Source of the DNA: Styela clava
Lineage: Eukaryota
Direction of reading: 5' to 3'
NCBI RefSeq assembly: GCF_964204865.1
Contig: NC_135264.1
Span: 9,238,001 to 9,302,000 of the forward strand
Length of the DNA stretch: 64,000 nt
Position 1 is the stretch's first letter. Each line of letters opens with the position of its first letter. Below, one piece after another: positions 50,901 through 61,867 of this stretch. The position numbers and the translations under genes are program-made. The notes beneath the pieces were generated by a model. That model worked only from the letters and a program-made list of their open reading frames with translations. It was not told the DNA's origin and did no database searches.

Positions 50901-53589
50901 TTTTATTTACCATTTAAAAAAAAAAAAAAGATGATTTACAATGATTCTTCATATCATTTTTTGCTCTCTCTCGAAAATTAGGGCCTGAAGTTCTCAATGC
51001 GTCTTTACAGGTTAGGTTCAACTAGCACCCACCTATGGTAAATGATGCTTCTTCGTAAAATTTGCAAGCTTGGCTGTGGAGTTGACATTTTTTTTTATTA
51101 ATATTGGAGTCGGGGGTCACTTTTTAAAACCCGGAAGTAGGAGCGGAAGAAGAAACTTCGAAATCTTCGATGTCGAATTTCAGACTTCTTTCTAATTGTG
51201 GCAACCGTTTAAAATGTTCAGCGGAAACCAAAAAGCATAGCTAGAATAATAAAAAAAATCAAATTAGATTCATTAGAATGGACGGTTTTTAGACAGCTTC
51301 AAGTTTGATGTCGGGTGTGAAAATTTCCCGAATCTAGTCCTCCTGGTCGCAAACGGCCATGAATTGCTACTCGTATTGTATCGTTGCAACCGAGAAGACA
51401 ATAAATATTACTCATCAATGTTTTCATCGTGTTTTTCATGGACCTTTTAACATTCCAATACCGAATCCTTCCCAGTTGTGAATTGCACCTTATACTTTGC
51501 TAACCTCTGTCACGCTTCTTTTGCAATCTGTTAACGTTACAACTATTATTTACACAAAACATTTTCAATTGCAAGATTGATGCCAAATTATGTACGTTTA
51601 GTAACCATATCTTCAATTCGATTCGGATCATTTAGAAAATCTACATCAAATTTTTCCCATGACAAAGTAAATTGTGCGTAACTGGATTTTTATTCCTCCA
51701 AAATGTCTGAAATTTTAATAAAACATATTGTATGGTGCGCATACAAAAAGTCTCAAAATAAATTTAAATCGATTGTGTTTCATCCTTCATTAACCAGCCT
51801 CAACTTGTATAGGTCGAATCGTTCGACGCTGTCAGAATATTTTCTCACGGCATTTGCAGTCAAGCATGACGACAAATTAATAATGAAATTTGATCTCATT
51901 GCCTTGAAAACGATCCACGTTTAGCTTTATAAAATTGATTTAGGAGTCTACTTACCTCGGTCAGTGCCCTTACCAGCCGCAACAAGCCAAGTTTGTTGTT
52001 TACTAAATACATTGTTATGTTTGAAGTATTCCAGTTAGCAAGCAGCAAGTTGTTTGTGTCATGTCATGCACGATTTAATTCCAAGTAGGGTCATAAGGTT
52101 ATAGAATGCGGAAGCGCAGCTTCAGACGCATAGTATCATAATGTGAAATGATACTTGAAATATTAGACAAATTGTTTAATTTGCGATGTGATTAAGAACT
52201 CCGATACATTCGAATATGGCACATGATGTCGCGGGAGAGTCGGTGCAAATTTTTTTCTAATTTGACGTAATTTCCACCATCGATTGCAGAAGAACTTTAA
52301 TAAATACCTAATAAATAAATAATTGAAAAATACTTGATGATTCCCAGATATGAATATTTTTATGTTTTATGATGAAAAAAAGCATTTCGTGAGCACATGT
52401 TTTTTTATTATTCAGAAACATGATGTATATAAAGAAAATCTGCGAATTTTATAATTTCGATCAAGTTTCATTTTAATTTGATTAAATTTTGGAGGTCAAT
52501 TTTTGTGCGAAGAAGATCAAATTTCACATCAAAATATTTGTATATAAATTTGATTTTGTAATCCCAAGTTTTTTAGTAAACATGTATCCAATTATCACAT
52601 CAGTTTGAATATTTTCAGAATAATTTATTTTAGAATATAGCGACCAGGATTTAACATTTAGGAGCGGTTTCTCTTTTGTATCGAATTCCCTAACAATACG
52701 TTTTCTCATTTCAGAAAATATATACATATGTTCCACATTAATTCTAATACGTAAGTTTTTAAACGCAAAATATAACGCTAGGCATCAGCTGCGGTGCACG
52801 TTACCTATTTGCTGTGATCACCAAACGTCTAAAACAAAACCAAGAACGGCTCCTATATCACGTTCGCCTATATCACAGCATTTGAAGAACGGGTTCGCGA
52901 CCCTTAAATCGCACAATGCATCAGTTCGTGGTTGGACTCATTCTGAAACGTATCTGAAATAATCAGTTTTATCGCCCGCTACCTATGTTACGGAAATAAT
53001 GGATTTCCAATGTTTCATAGAATCAGGATATAGGCCCCGACAATTTTGTCTTGCAGTTTGCCAGATACTTCGTAGAAAGTGTATAGCTAGAATAATCCAT
53101 TTGCAAAACTGCCAACATATGAATAGCTTCATCACAACGAAAAAATATAAAAACTGTTTGTTATATATTATGATATCAAACTACAGTATTAAAGTAAAGT
53201 ATCTGTTTGCTTAATTCATAGTTATTCATGGCTTGCAAACTTAGCAAATAATATGTCACATATTAAAGCGTACACATGCAACAATCGCGGTCGATAATGG
53301 GACAATTAATCGGAAAAATGAAGAGTAGCTACGCAGCATGTATATGCCAACCGTTATACGTTAACTGATAATATTGTACTCATGCGAATAGATATAATTT
53401 CACCCATAGAAGAAGTAAACCCATCAAAGATAGTTTGAAGTGGGATTTCCCATCGGGAATGATAGTATATTTGGAAACAGAGCTAAGATGAGCGAATTTT
53501 TGATTAATATTTCTCCCAAATTCACGTTTTCAGTATTTCGTTTGGTGAATGATAGCATAACTATAGCATAGTAACACACAAATATTGTG

Positions 53590-55638
53590 ATGGAACGTCT
53601 TGTAAAATCTGAAAAGCACATGTCAGATTCATTTAAGTCTTTCCAAAACATGAGATTGAGAGAATTTATGTGCGATTTCAAAATCGTAGTCGGTGGTTGT
53701 TCATTTCCAGTGCATCGCCTTATTTTAGCCGGCTGTTCTCGCTATTTTGAAGTAATGTTTTTGCGCAATATGACTGGAAGCGATAAGGATTATGTGGAAT
53801 TGAAGGAACTGGATAAGAATGCAGTGAAAATATGTTTGGATTTTATATACACTGCTGAATCCATAATAAGAATGTCTGAAATTGAAGATATTTTACGTGC
53901 ATCAGACGTTATGCAGTTGGAAGAATTCACAAAACTTTGCTTCGAATATTTGGAACATAATCTTTCACATGAGAGTTGTATTTTGACGGTTGAACTTGGC
54001 AGAATTTATAAGAATCAAAACATAAAGACACTGGCAATCCAACATATTAAAGAGAATTTCGAGTCGGTCATTCCAACCAAGATGTTTCCGCAAATCTCCA
54101 TGGAAAGTCTCTTATCTTATACATCAGCAGAAAATCAAGATTGTCGAGTAATTTGGAAGGCCATAACCACTTGGGTCAAAAGCAATTTAAGTGACAGAGA
54201 AGGACAACTTTCCACGTTGATGGAAAATATAAAAGTCGTTGAATTTCCTTTCGATTTCCTATTTGAAATTATATGGATGGAACCGCTTGTAAACGAGTCG
54301 TCAGGATGGGCAAAGCAATTAGCAATCGAAGGATTGTTTTCAGATTTAGATACCTTGAGAGATCACCTCACGTTGCAAAATTGCTTTGCATTGAAGCATT
54401 TGGCTGAACAGTATCAAGTCATTAACACAGATGGCGTACTTTGTGCAGTTGAAGATTTTTTTGCAAAACATCTCGACGAAATCATGAATAAAGAAGAATT
54501 CTCCAACTTAACCCAAGCGTTTCTTTCAGCAATTTTGCAATCTTCAGAATTGAATTGCTCTCCAGAAACAATAAAATGGGAAGCTACAATCCGGTGGGTG
54601 AAATCTGAAGTGAATCGAAAAGCAATTTTAGCTGAGCTCATGAATCTCATATCATTCAAGAAAATACCGCTTGCGTATATTAGGCAAAACATTCGCCAGG
54701 AGCCTCTAGTTAAAGAATCCATCACATGTAGAGAAATAGTAATTGACGCTATGGATTTGCATATGGATAAAGGACAAGTACAACCTATTCAAATGCGAAA
54801 AATTTGCGTTGCTTGTTTGGATAAAAAAACTGGTATTATCAGATCGTATGATATTAATGAAAATACCGTCAAAATATTGGCTAAAGTGGAAATGAGTGGA
54901 ACAAAGAAAATAGTTTCAATCAATGCAGATCTCTACTTGTTGAATGGCGTAAACTTATATAGACTTCAGCAGAACAAGACATGGGAAAAAAAGGCTTCAA
55001 TGCAATTTAAGCGGGATTGGTTAACAAGGCTTGTCCCCCTCTATGAGGTGAATCTTTGTGTCCAACTAACAAGCATCAGGAAACGAATATATGTCATCAA
55101 ACAAACCACCATGTCCCGCTACGATCCAGAATCTAATAGTTGGGAAGAAAATTTGCCTGGGTGTAATTTGGGTGAAGGATTTTGTGTCACAAGTTCAGAG
55201 CAATTTATATATGCAATTGGTGGCAGAGATAACGAGGCAAAATCTGTAAGATATGACACAGTTATTGGTAACTGGTCGGATATTGCTCCAATGCAACAAG
55301 GCCGATGCTGGGCGTCGGCTTCGGTGGTTGGAGATGATGTTTTCGTAGTCGGAGGGAAAAGTGCTTTCTACTTTGGTGAAGCATTATCTACAGCGGAACG
55401 TTACAACCCTGCCACAAACTTATGGACAACTGTGGCCGCTATGACATTCAGTCGACACCGTTTTGGCTCTTGTGTTGTCAACAATAAGCTGTATGTAATT
55501 GGTGGGGCGAGAGACCAAAATCTTGAACTCGATTCAATCGAAGAGTATAATCCCGAAAATAACGGTTGGAAGAAAGTACTAGAAATTGAAAAATCTGTAG
55601 GAGATATTTACGCCTGTCTTTATTATCCTGACAACTAA
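53590..55638 (+). CDS. Kelch-like protein (BTB-BACK-BACK-Kelch), intronless, 682 aa
   Basis: BTB (CDFKIVVGGCSFPVHRLILAGCSRYF), two BACK-like segments and Kelch repeats (IYAIGG..YD..W, VFVVGG..AERYNP..W, LYVIGG..IEEYNP..W). First ATG at 53590. Confidence 0.92.
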   Translation: MERLVKSEKHMSDSFKSFQNMRLREFMCDFKIVVGGCSFPVHRLILAGCSRYFEVMFLRNMTGSDKDYVELKELDKNAVKICLDFIYTAESIIRMSEIEDILRASDVMQLEEFTKLCFEYLEHNLSHESCILTVELGRIYKNQNIKTLAIQHIKENFESVIPTKMFPQISMESLLSYTSAENQDCRVIWKAITTWVKSNLSDREGQLSTLMENIKVVEFPFDFLFEIIWMEPLVNESSGWAKQLAIEGLFSDLDTLRDHLTLQNCFALKHLAEQYQVINTDGVLCAVEDFFAKHLDEIMNKEEFSNLTQAFLSAILQSSELNCSPETIKWEATIRWVKSEVNRKAILAELMNLISFKKIPLAYIRQNIRQEPLVKESITCREIVIDAMDLHMDKGQVQPIQMRKICVACLDKKTGIIRSYDINENTVKILAKVEMSGTKKIVSINADLYLLNGVNLYRLQQNKTWEKKASMQFKRDWLTRLVPLYEVNLCVQLTSIRKRIYVIKQTTMSRYDPESNSWEENLPGCNLGEGFCVTSSEQFIYAIGGRDNEAKSVRYDTVIGNWSDIAPMQQGRCWASASVVGDDVFVVGGKSAFYFGEALSTAERYNPATNLWTTVAAMTFSRHRFGSCVVNNKLYVIGGARDQNLELDSIEEYNPENNGWKKVLEIEKSVGDIYACLYYPDN

Positions 55639-56958
55639 TTCAACTTTGTAATTTGTCTTGTTCTGATAGCCCGATATTGTACAAAACGCCATTTCAGTTT
55701 CGACTCCGTAACAATAGCACGCGTTTGATAAATAAAGTAAAATAGGACTTATATATATATTTCGTGTAAATAGAACCCTACTAGATACTGCATGTGAATG
55801 GCTATAATATATATCGCTAGCCATAACCCTGTGCTTTACTGTTTTTAAAATCAAGCCTGATGATATAATTTTGTATTACATTAAAAAGACATGATATTCT
55901 GTGTTGGTATATTCATCGGATCATGAGACTAAGCAGGGAAATCTGAGTTTCATTCCTTTATTCTGCGACGTTGCTTTCAAGTGCAACGCAGAAACATGTG
56001 CTAAAGCCAAATTGATTCCACATAAGTTAAGACTTGGATTTTTTTGCTTACCAAACATGGATAGTGGCGATGGTTCTACCAGAGCCATTATATAACTGGC
56101 TCTGGTTCTACCACGAGGACCAGGACAAGTGAGATATCGGCAAACTCAGTATTTCCCATCCAGTGAAAAATATATACCAGTAGTGGAATTGACATAGAGT
56201 AGTTTACAAACGGGGCTATTCTCATAGTTGCGTGCTCAATTTGTGAGATATTTACTGCTGCAGAACACAGCAACACAGTTTGGATGTAGTTACTTCTAAA
56301 TAAATATATGCTCGGAATTGATTTCGTCAAATTGGTATGATAATAATGTTTGCAACGATATAAATTGCCAAGAGCTATACGTGGCTGCATTGAAATCCCA
56401 GTCTGTATCGTGTAAGGCAAGCGATGGCCGTAAAACAATGAAAATATAAAAGCCGTGCAGTCACTCCATCCCACCAAGACGTGGCTTCATATTCACTACA
56501 AGTTAGCCACAGAACCTCTGCCCGGTCCCTTATACTTGTTTAATATGGAATTAGTCAGTTAGTCAATATATATATTTAATTACAGAGCTGTCCGGTATTT
56601 AGAATAACCATCGCGCGTTCAACAATCATTTCGCATGTCTTGGGAATAAAATATGGCATCTCATCCTTATAATCATTCGCCGTGGAAGCCGGGCTGTGAA
56701 CTCGGGAGTCCAGTATATTTTCATAGGAATTGAAGTCGGAGCCGGAGTCTCTATTTTGAACTCTCCGGAATACGGTGCAGTGGTCGAAATTATGTATTCG
56801 TGGGTCATATTATTCTACGGAAACTCAAAAAAGTTAATTTAGTGTCGGTAAAATTCTATTTAAGTAGGCTTGCACACGCCCAAGTTTACTATCGAAATCT
56901 CCTTTCTCGTCGGGATTCAAAATAGCAAGCCGGAGCCAAAATGATTTTCCTAACTCGG

Positions 56959-57301
56959 GGATAGGATAGGATGGATTTACATATTTATCCCGGGGGAGAG
57001 GAAAGCCGATAAGACGGCTTATCCATATGGCGAACCACGGCCTCTCGTCCGGTTACCATTCCAAGTCGGGTATGGGAAAAATTTCACTGTATTGTTTGTT
57101 TTCGGAAGCCTGGACTTGGTGGTGGAGGAAGCCGTAACCGACCAGCGGTTACGTGAACCACCCAACGACGGCGAGGAGTCCAGCAATCCTCTCGCACATA
57201 CCCATCCCTGCATGGGATTCGAACCTGCGAGCCCACGCAGAGTAATTAGAGGTGCGGTGGCGAGCGTATTCTTAACGCTTAGCCCGTTGAGCCACACCGC
57301 C
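56959..57301 (-). mobile_element. Apparently full-length tRNA-derived SINE
   Basis: Minus strand starts GGCGGTGTGGCTCAACGG (A box 57294-57284) and has B box GGTTCGAATCC (57225-57215). It ends in an (ATCCT)n tail, and five further copies or fragments occur in the window. Confidence 0.85.
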
Positions 57302-57567
57302 GCGCCGAAGTCATGATTTTTCTCGTGACCCTTCGTGAGAGTCGAACCTGTACAATGCCTTTTCTTAGGTTCGCCGAACACTGGTTAAATTATTCATGAG
57401 CTCACCGGCGTTGTTGCCATATTGATTTTAACACATATCAACAAAAGAATGATGATTCGATTTCATACATAACTGATACAGGCGTCTTGCTTTCCACACA
57501 AAAAATCATGCGCCGGTACAGTAGTACCGTACTGGTACAGGGCATGAATTGGTGGTTTCAATGCACG

Positions 57568-57724
57568 GGCGCGGCGGTTGGCGTGGTTCCATAACCGCTG
57601 GTCGGTTTTCTAATCAGTCACCTTTCGATAACAAACGACTGTCTCACTAATCCTATACCCCACACGGACTGGTGGTAACCAGACAAGAGGCCGTGATTCG
57701 CCATGCGATTAAACCATCTTATCC
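57568..57724 (+). mobile_element. 5'-truncated SINE copy, inverted relative to its neighbour
   Basis: taaccgctggtcggtt, ggtaaccagacaagaggccgtgattcgccat and catcttatc are reverse complements of the 57-kb SINE body. Confidence 0.72.
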
Positions 57725-57784
57725 TTAAAACATACACACAACTGCTTTCGTGAATGTACAAGTGCCTATTTCAGCCAGGATGAG

Positions 57785-57887
57785 GGTGCTCCCAAGCATT
57801 CATACCAAGATGGCGCACAACATGAACATAATATGTGTACCAGGTTAGGGTTGTGCATCATCTTGGTACGAATACTTCCGGAGCGCC
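57785..57887. mobile_element. 103-bp Merlin-like MITE
   Basis: Ends GGTGCTCC / GGAGCGCC; inner IR TACCAAGATG / CATCTTGGTA; perfect 8-bp TSD AGGATGAG (57777-57784, 57888-57895). GG ends with an 8-bp TSD fit Merlin. Confidence 0.75.
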
Positions 57888-59515
57888 AGGATGAGTTAGG
57901 TGACATGACATAGCTCTATCCAAAATATTCAGATAAAGTTTTTCTTAAATTTTATTTAGCCACCTTTAATGAAACAACAAAATAACAGGAATGTGTCCTG
58001 AGAATTAAGTTTAAACAAAGTTGGATTAATGTGTTGAATTTATCCTATTTCATGAAGTAAAATTCACCATACATAATGAATTGTTCCAAAAATATTTATC
58101 TTAGGTTAGGTATATAAAGTTACGATACTACACTAAAAGGATATTGATATCCAAGGTAACCTGGGAAGCTGATCTGAAATTGCAATAGTTGCGAACAGGA
58201 GCATGAATCGCCATTCTTGTTTTTGGCTGTGACTAGAGACTACTACCAAGATAATGGTTTCAAAATGAAGCATCAAACTTTCAATTTACACTAATTTAAC
58301 TGAAAACTTTCAAATTGATATTAGAAATCAAATATTAAAAAAAAAAACATTCTGAACCGAAAAAAGATTTTATGATTTGTTAAAGAGAAAGAAAAAATTA
58401 TACATGTGAACGAATAACATTGTTTGGAAGTGGAGCTACTCCTCAGTTTCATCTAATATGGTATCAGCATCATAAATTCCAATTTAACATCTCGATATCA
58501 GTTTTGTTATTATTATTGCCCAGGCTAGATTAAAATAGATATAGTTACATAGAGGACGAATAACAAACTCTTGTGAAAAATTAATTACAAAAAAACTTTA
58601 TGCGGAACTTTTAAACAGTGTGAAAAGAAAAAATAAAGAACAACCAAGTATAGAAATTCTGTCAAAGATTGTTTGATTACCAAGCAACATTTTATAACAT
58701 CAAAATGTTCAAAGAAAAGTGTAATAAACAAAAGACGCTGCAAAAATAGCATTCAGCATATAGGTTAGTAGTATCTGCGTTTCATGAACTTTCACGAAAC
58801 ATCGAGTGTTTGCCTTGGCAATTTCTATGGCATACGCTAACTCAAATTTCTCTTTCCCTCAAGAATTTGTGAGACTCACTCACTGGAATTGGATGAGCAT
58901 GGATGAAAATGAAAGTTTTTCGAATTTCTTTATGCAGCCCACCACAAAAATAATGACAATTGTTTCATAATCAAGCAGAGTGAATGGCTATATTTCTTTG
59001 TAGAAGATTACTTGAAATAATGCCACAATCACTCTTGCATTGAAGTCAAAATATGTAGAAAGAGATGGAAGAAACAAAATTCATCATTCAAAAACCTATA
59101 GCAAAATATCACCCTCAAATTGCAATGCGGCACCAGTTTTTAGAAAGTGGTATGGATAGAGCTAAGAATCTATTACAGAATATATCTGATATTGATGACT
59201 TGTCTTTTTATCGATTTAACAATAAAATAGTAATTCAGCTGAAAATTAAAAGAAGAGAAGATTTGAATCTTGAACCTTAAGGCAAGGTCCAATTGAAGTT
59301 TTATTTTACTCAATCATTTCGGATATAAGACATATTATTGTATCGCAATCCTCTTCTATACACTATAAATCAATCATGAACAGGCTGAAGGCCATAATAT
59401 CAGCAAAATAATGTATATTTTTGTACATAGATGCACAGCTTCATGTTTGAATGGCAGAATATAATTACAAAAAAATTAAAATTTTTATATATGTGATTGA
59501 CCCAATTTCCTTGCG

Positions 59516-61867
59516 CTATCCAAATTTGTCAATAGCCACACAGCCATGCATGCAGAGTGATCTCGTCATATTGACCGTTTCTATAACTTCCTTGGTATCA
59601 TAACTAATGACAAACATTTTATTCAAAGTGTTGCTTTCCTTCTGACCTCCAGTAATGACAAGGTTTCCATTGAAAGTTGCGAGTCCAGCAAACTCTAAAC
59701 CAGGTTCTGGTAGATGCTGCCACTCCTCAAGAGTTTGGGTGTTTGGATCATAACGGAATATCTCACTCGCATTATTTGATATCATATAAATCTTGTCTTG
59801 ATATAGCGTACAGCATAATCGTGCCAATGGTTGACCTAGTGGTAGAAGAGACCATTTATCGATAAGTGGATCGTAGCATTGGATACAGTTCAAGATAATT
59901 TTGCTTGAATTGCTTGGTTCGTCAGTCATGCTAACACCACCAATAACATAAAGCTTTTCTTTATATGATATAACGCCAGGAGAATAACAACGTTTGGGCA
60001 GCGGCTTTACTGACTCCCATTGGTTGAAAGCGGGTCGGTATCGTTCAACTTGATCAAGCACAATTGGTTTCTTACGACCTTTCTGTGACGCCATTAAACC
60101 TCCGGCAACATAAACAGCCCCATCTGCGGTTGCTGAACCATGCCGTTCTCTAGCACAAATCATGCTGGCCAATTCGCTCCACTGATTAATATTAGATGAA
60201 TAAAGTGAAGCCGCATTAGCTGTTATTCCAGAATTACTATGCCCGCCTGTGACATATACATTGTTCTTCATTGCACATACGCTGTAACTGTGCATTGTAC
60301 AATGTGCTGTAACAATGTCTGCCAAGGCGATCCATCCTTTCTTAGGATGATAGTATTCAGCATGATGTAGTCTTCTGTTGTTACATATACCCCCAACAAT
60401 AAATAAAACTTCGGTAATTCGTGATGATTTTCTGGGTCTGGTATGCGGCTGTTGCATTTGTTTCCACTCATTACAACCAAGTGCGTGGTATTTACATGCT
60501 TCAGAAACTAAATCTTGGACCGCTGGCTTTCCTTTTAAAAACGAATGCTTTGCAATGGTGTCGAAAAGAAAATGCGGACTGACAAATAACAATCTCACAC
60601 ATTTCAGAATATCAACGGTGTGTTCATCCCTTGCTTCGCTGAATTGTAGCCATGAAATAGCTGCTTGAAAAACATGTTCTTCTCTTTGCACAGACAAAGC
60701 ATCGTCCGATAAATACCACATCAATACACTTGGCGGAAGTCTTATAAACTCCTCTTGTTGAGAGACTTTTCGAAAATTGACAAGTGCGAATTTTTTCGCT
60801 CTCGCAGTCAATGAATCGAGAGAATGAAGTTCGCCAAACTGCATTAAACCGAGACAATTAGTTTCCGCGACTTGTCGTAAAAGGAAATTCTCACAACTTG
60901 ATTTTAACTGATCCAGTTGAAAATAATCAGCGGCTTCGACAATATCTTGAACATTATCGCTTTTGATTTGTATTGACTGTGCGTAAACATGTTTAACAAT
61001 CATTTCCACAATTTCAAACTTATGGCCTTGAATGGTGACTTTTTCTGCTCTGCCTTCTTTCATATTAGAACTAAGTAAGGCGTGGAAATATTGACTGCAA
61101 GCTGCCAATACGACACGATGACAAGCTATTTCCTTATCTTCCACAACTAATTTCACATCGGTAAATTCTTCATTACCTCTCAATCTTTGGAGGTTTCTCG
61201 CAAGAGGTAAGACAAATCGACTTGTACTTAGTGCATCAAAATTACTGTTAATTGTGAATCCAGTTTCAACACATGAATCACTTGAACTGCTTAGAGGTCG
61301 TTTGTTTCCACGGGCAACAGAATTTTCAGAATTTCTAGGGCCTCTGCTTGTACTTGGTATATCACTGTTGGCAGATGGGCTTGCTTCAACTATAATTCTG
61401 CGAGCACGATCAGCATTATCAGCAGAGTTATGTCCGTGCTGTCGAACATGAAAGCCTCCACGTCTGACAAATCCATCATCAAAATCAGAATAACTGCTGA
61501 AATCGGAATCATCAGCAAGGGAATCAGAAGAAAATCCAGCAGGAGAAGGGGGAAACGCAACACTATCAACCGGACCCTCATCTTGCTCATTTTCATTGAG
61601 TGGAGCACGAGAGTGATGACTACTTTGCTGAAATCTTTCCGCTCGGAGACGTGCCCTTGCCCCACGTCTATGCTGTAATCCCATCCTACGTACCGGTACC
61701 ATGTACCTTCGTAGTCTAAAATCAACTTGGTTTTCTCTATTTCCAGCGAGCCCGCCAACTTCGTTGTCGCTTAAACGTAACACATGATCTTCTAAAAAGT
61801 GATCTGGATGGTGTCTCTCCCTACTATTGCTCGGTCCAGCTTGATTATGATCATATCGTTGAGACAT
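59516..61867 (-). CDS. Kelch-like protein (BTB-BACK-Kelch) with a long disordered N-terminus, intronless CDS, 783 aa
   Basis: BTB (FTDVKLVVEDKEIACHRVVLAACSQYF), BACK (NCLGL..EEFIRLP..EEHVFQAAISWL), RPRK linker and about six Kelch GG repeats. Confidence 0.95.
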   Translation of the reverse strand: MSQRYDHNQAGPSNSRERHHPDHFLEDHVLRLSDNEVGGLAGNRENQVDFRLRRYMVPVRRMGLQHRRGARARLRAERFQQSSHHSRAPLNENEQDEGPVDSVAFPPSPAGFSSDSLADDSDFSSYSDFDDGFVRRGGFHVRQHGHNSADNADRARRIIVEASPSANSDIPSTSRGPRNSENSVARGNKRPLSSSSDSCVETGFTINSNFDALSTSRFVLPLARNLQRLRGNEEFTDVKLVVEDKEIACHRVVLAACSQYFHALLSSNMKEGRAEKVTIQGHKFEIVEMIVKHVYAQSIQIKSDNVQDIVEAADYFQLDQLKSSCENFLLRQVAETNCLGLMQFGELHSLDSLTARAKKFALVNFRKVSQQEEFIRLPPSVLMWYLSDDALSVQREEHVFQAAISWLQFSEARDEHTVDILKCVRLLFVSPHFLFDTIAKHSFLKGKPAVQDLVSEACKYHALGCNEWKQMQQPHTRPRKSSRITEVLFIVGGICNNRRLHHAEYYHPKKGWIALADIVTAHCTMHSYSVCAMKNNVYVTGGHSNSGITANAASLYSSNINQWSELASMICARERHGSATADGAVYVAGGLMASQKGRKKPIVLDQVERYRPAFNQWESVKPLPKRCYSPGVISYKEKLYVIGGVSMTDEPSNSSKIILNCIQCYDPLIDKWSLLPLGQPLARLCCTLYQDKIYMISNNASEIFRYDPNTQTLEEWQHLPEPGLEFAGLATFNGNLVITGGQKESNTLNKMFVISYDTKEVIETVNMTRSLCMHGCVAIDKFG

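Noticed and set aside
57200-57301. Possible tRNA gene
   Set aside because: A and B boxes are present but there is no proper anticodon arm or acceptor 3' strand, and it is attached to a multicopy SINE body.
57019-57381. 120-aa and 74-aa ORFs
   Set aside because: They lie within SINE and MITE sequence and show no protein motifs.
54414-61758. Antisense and alternate-frame ORFs overlapping the Kelch CDSs (similar ones overlap the FoxB and RLC CDSs)
   Set aside because: Shadow ORFs of real coding sequence with no independent support.
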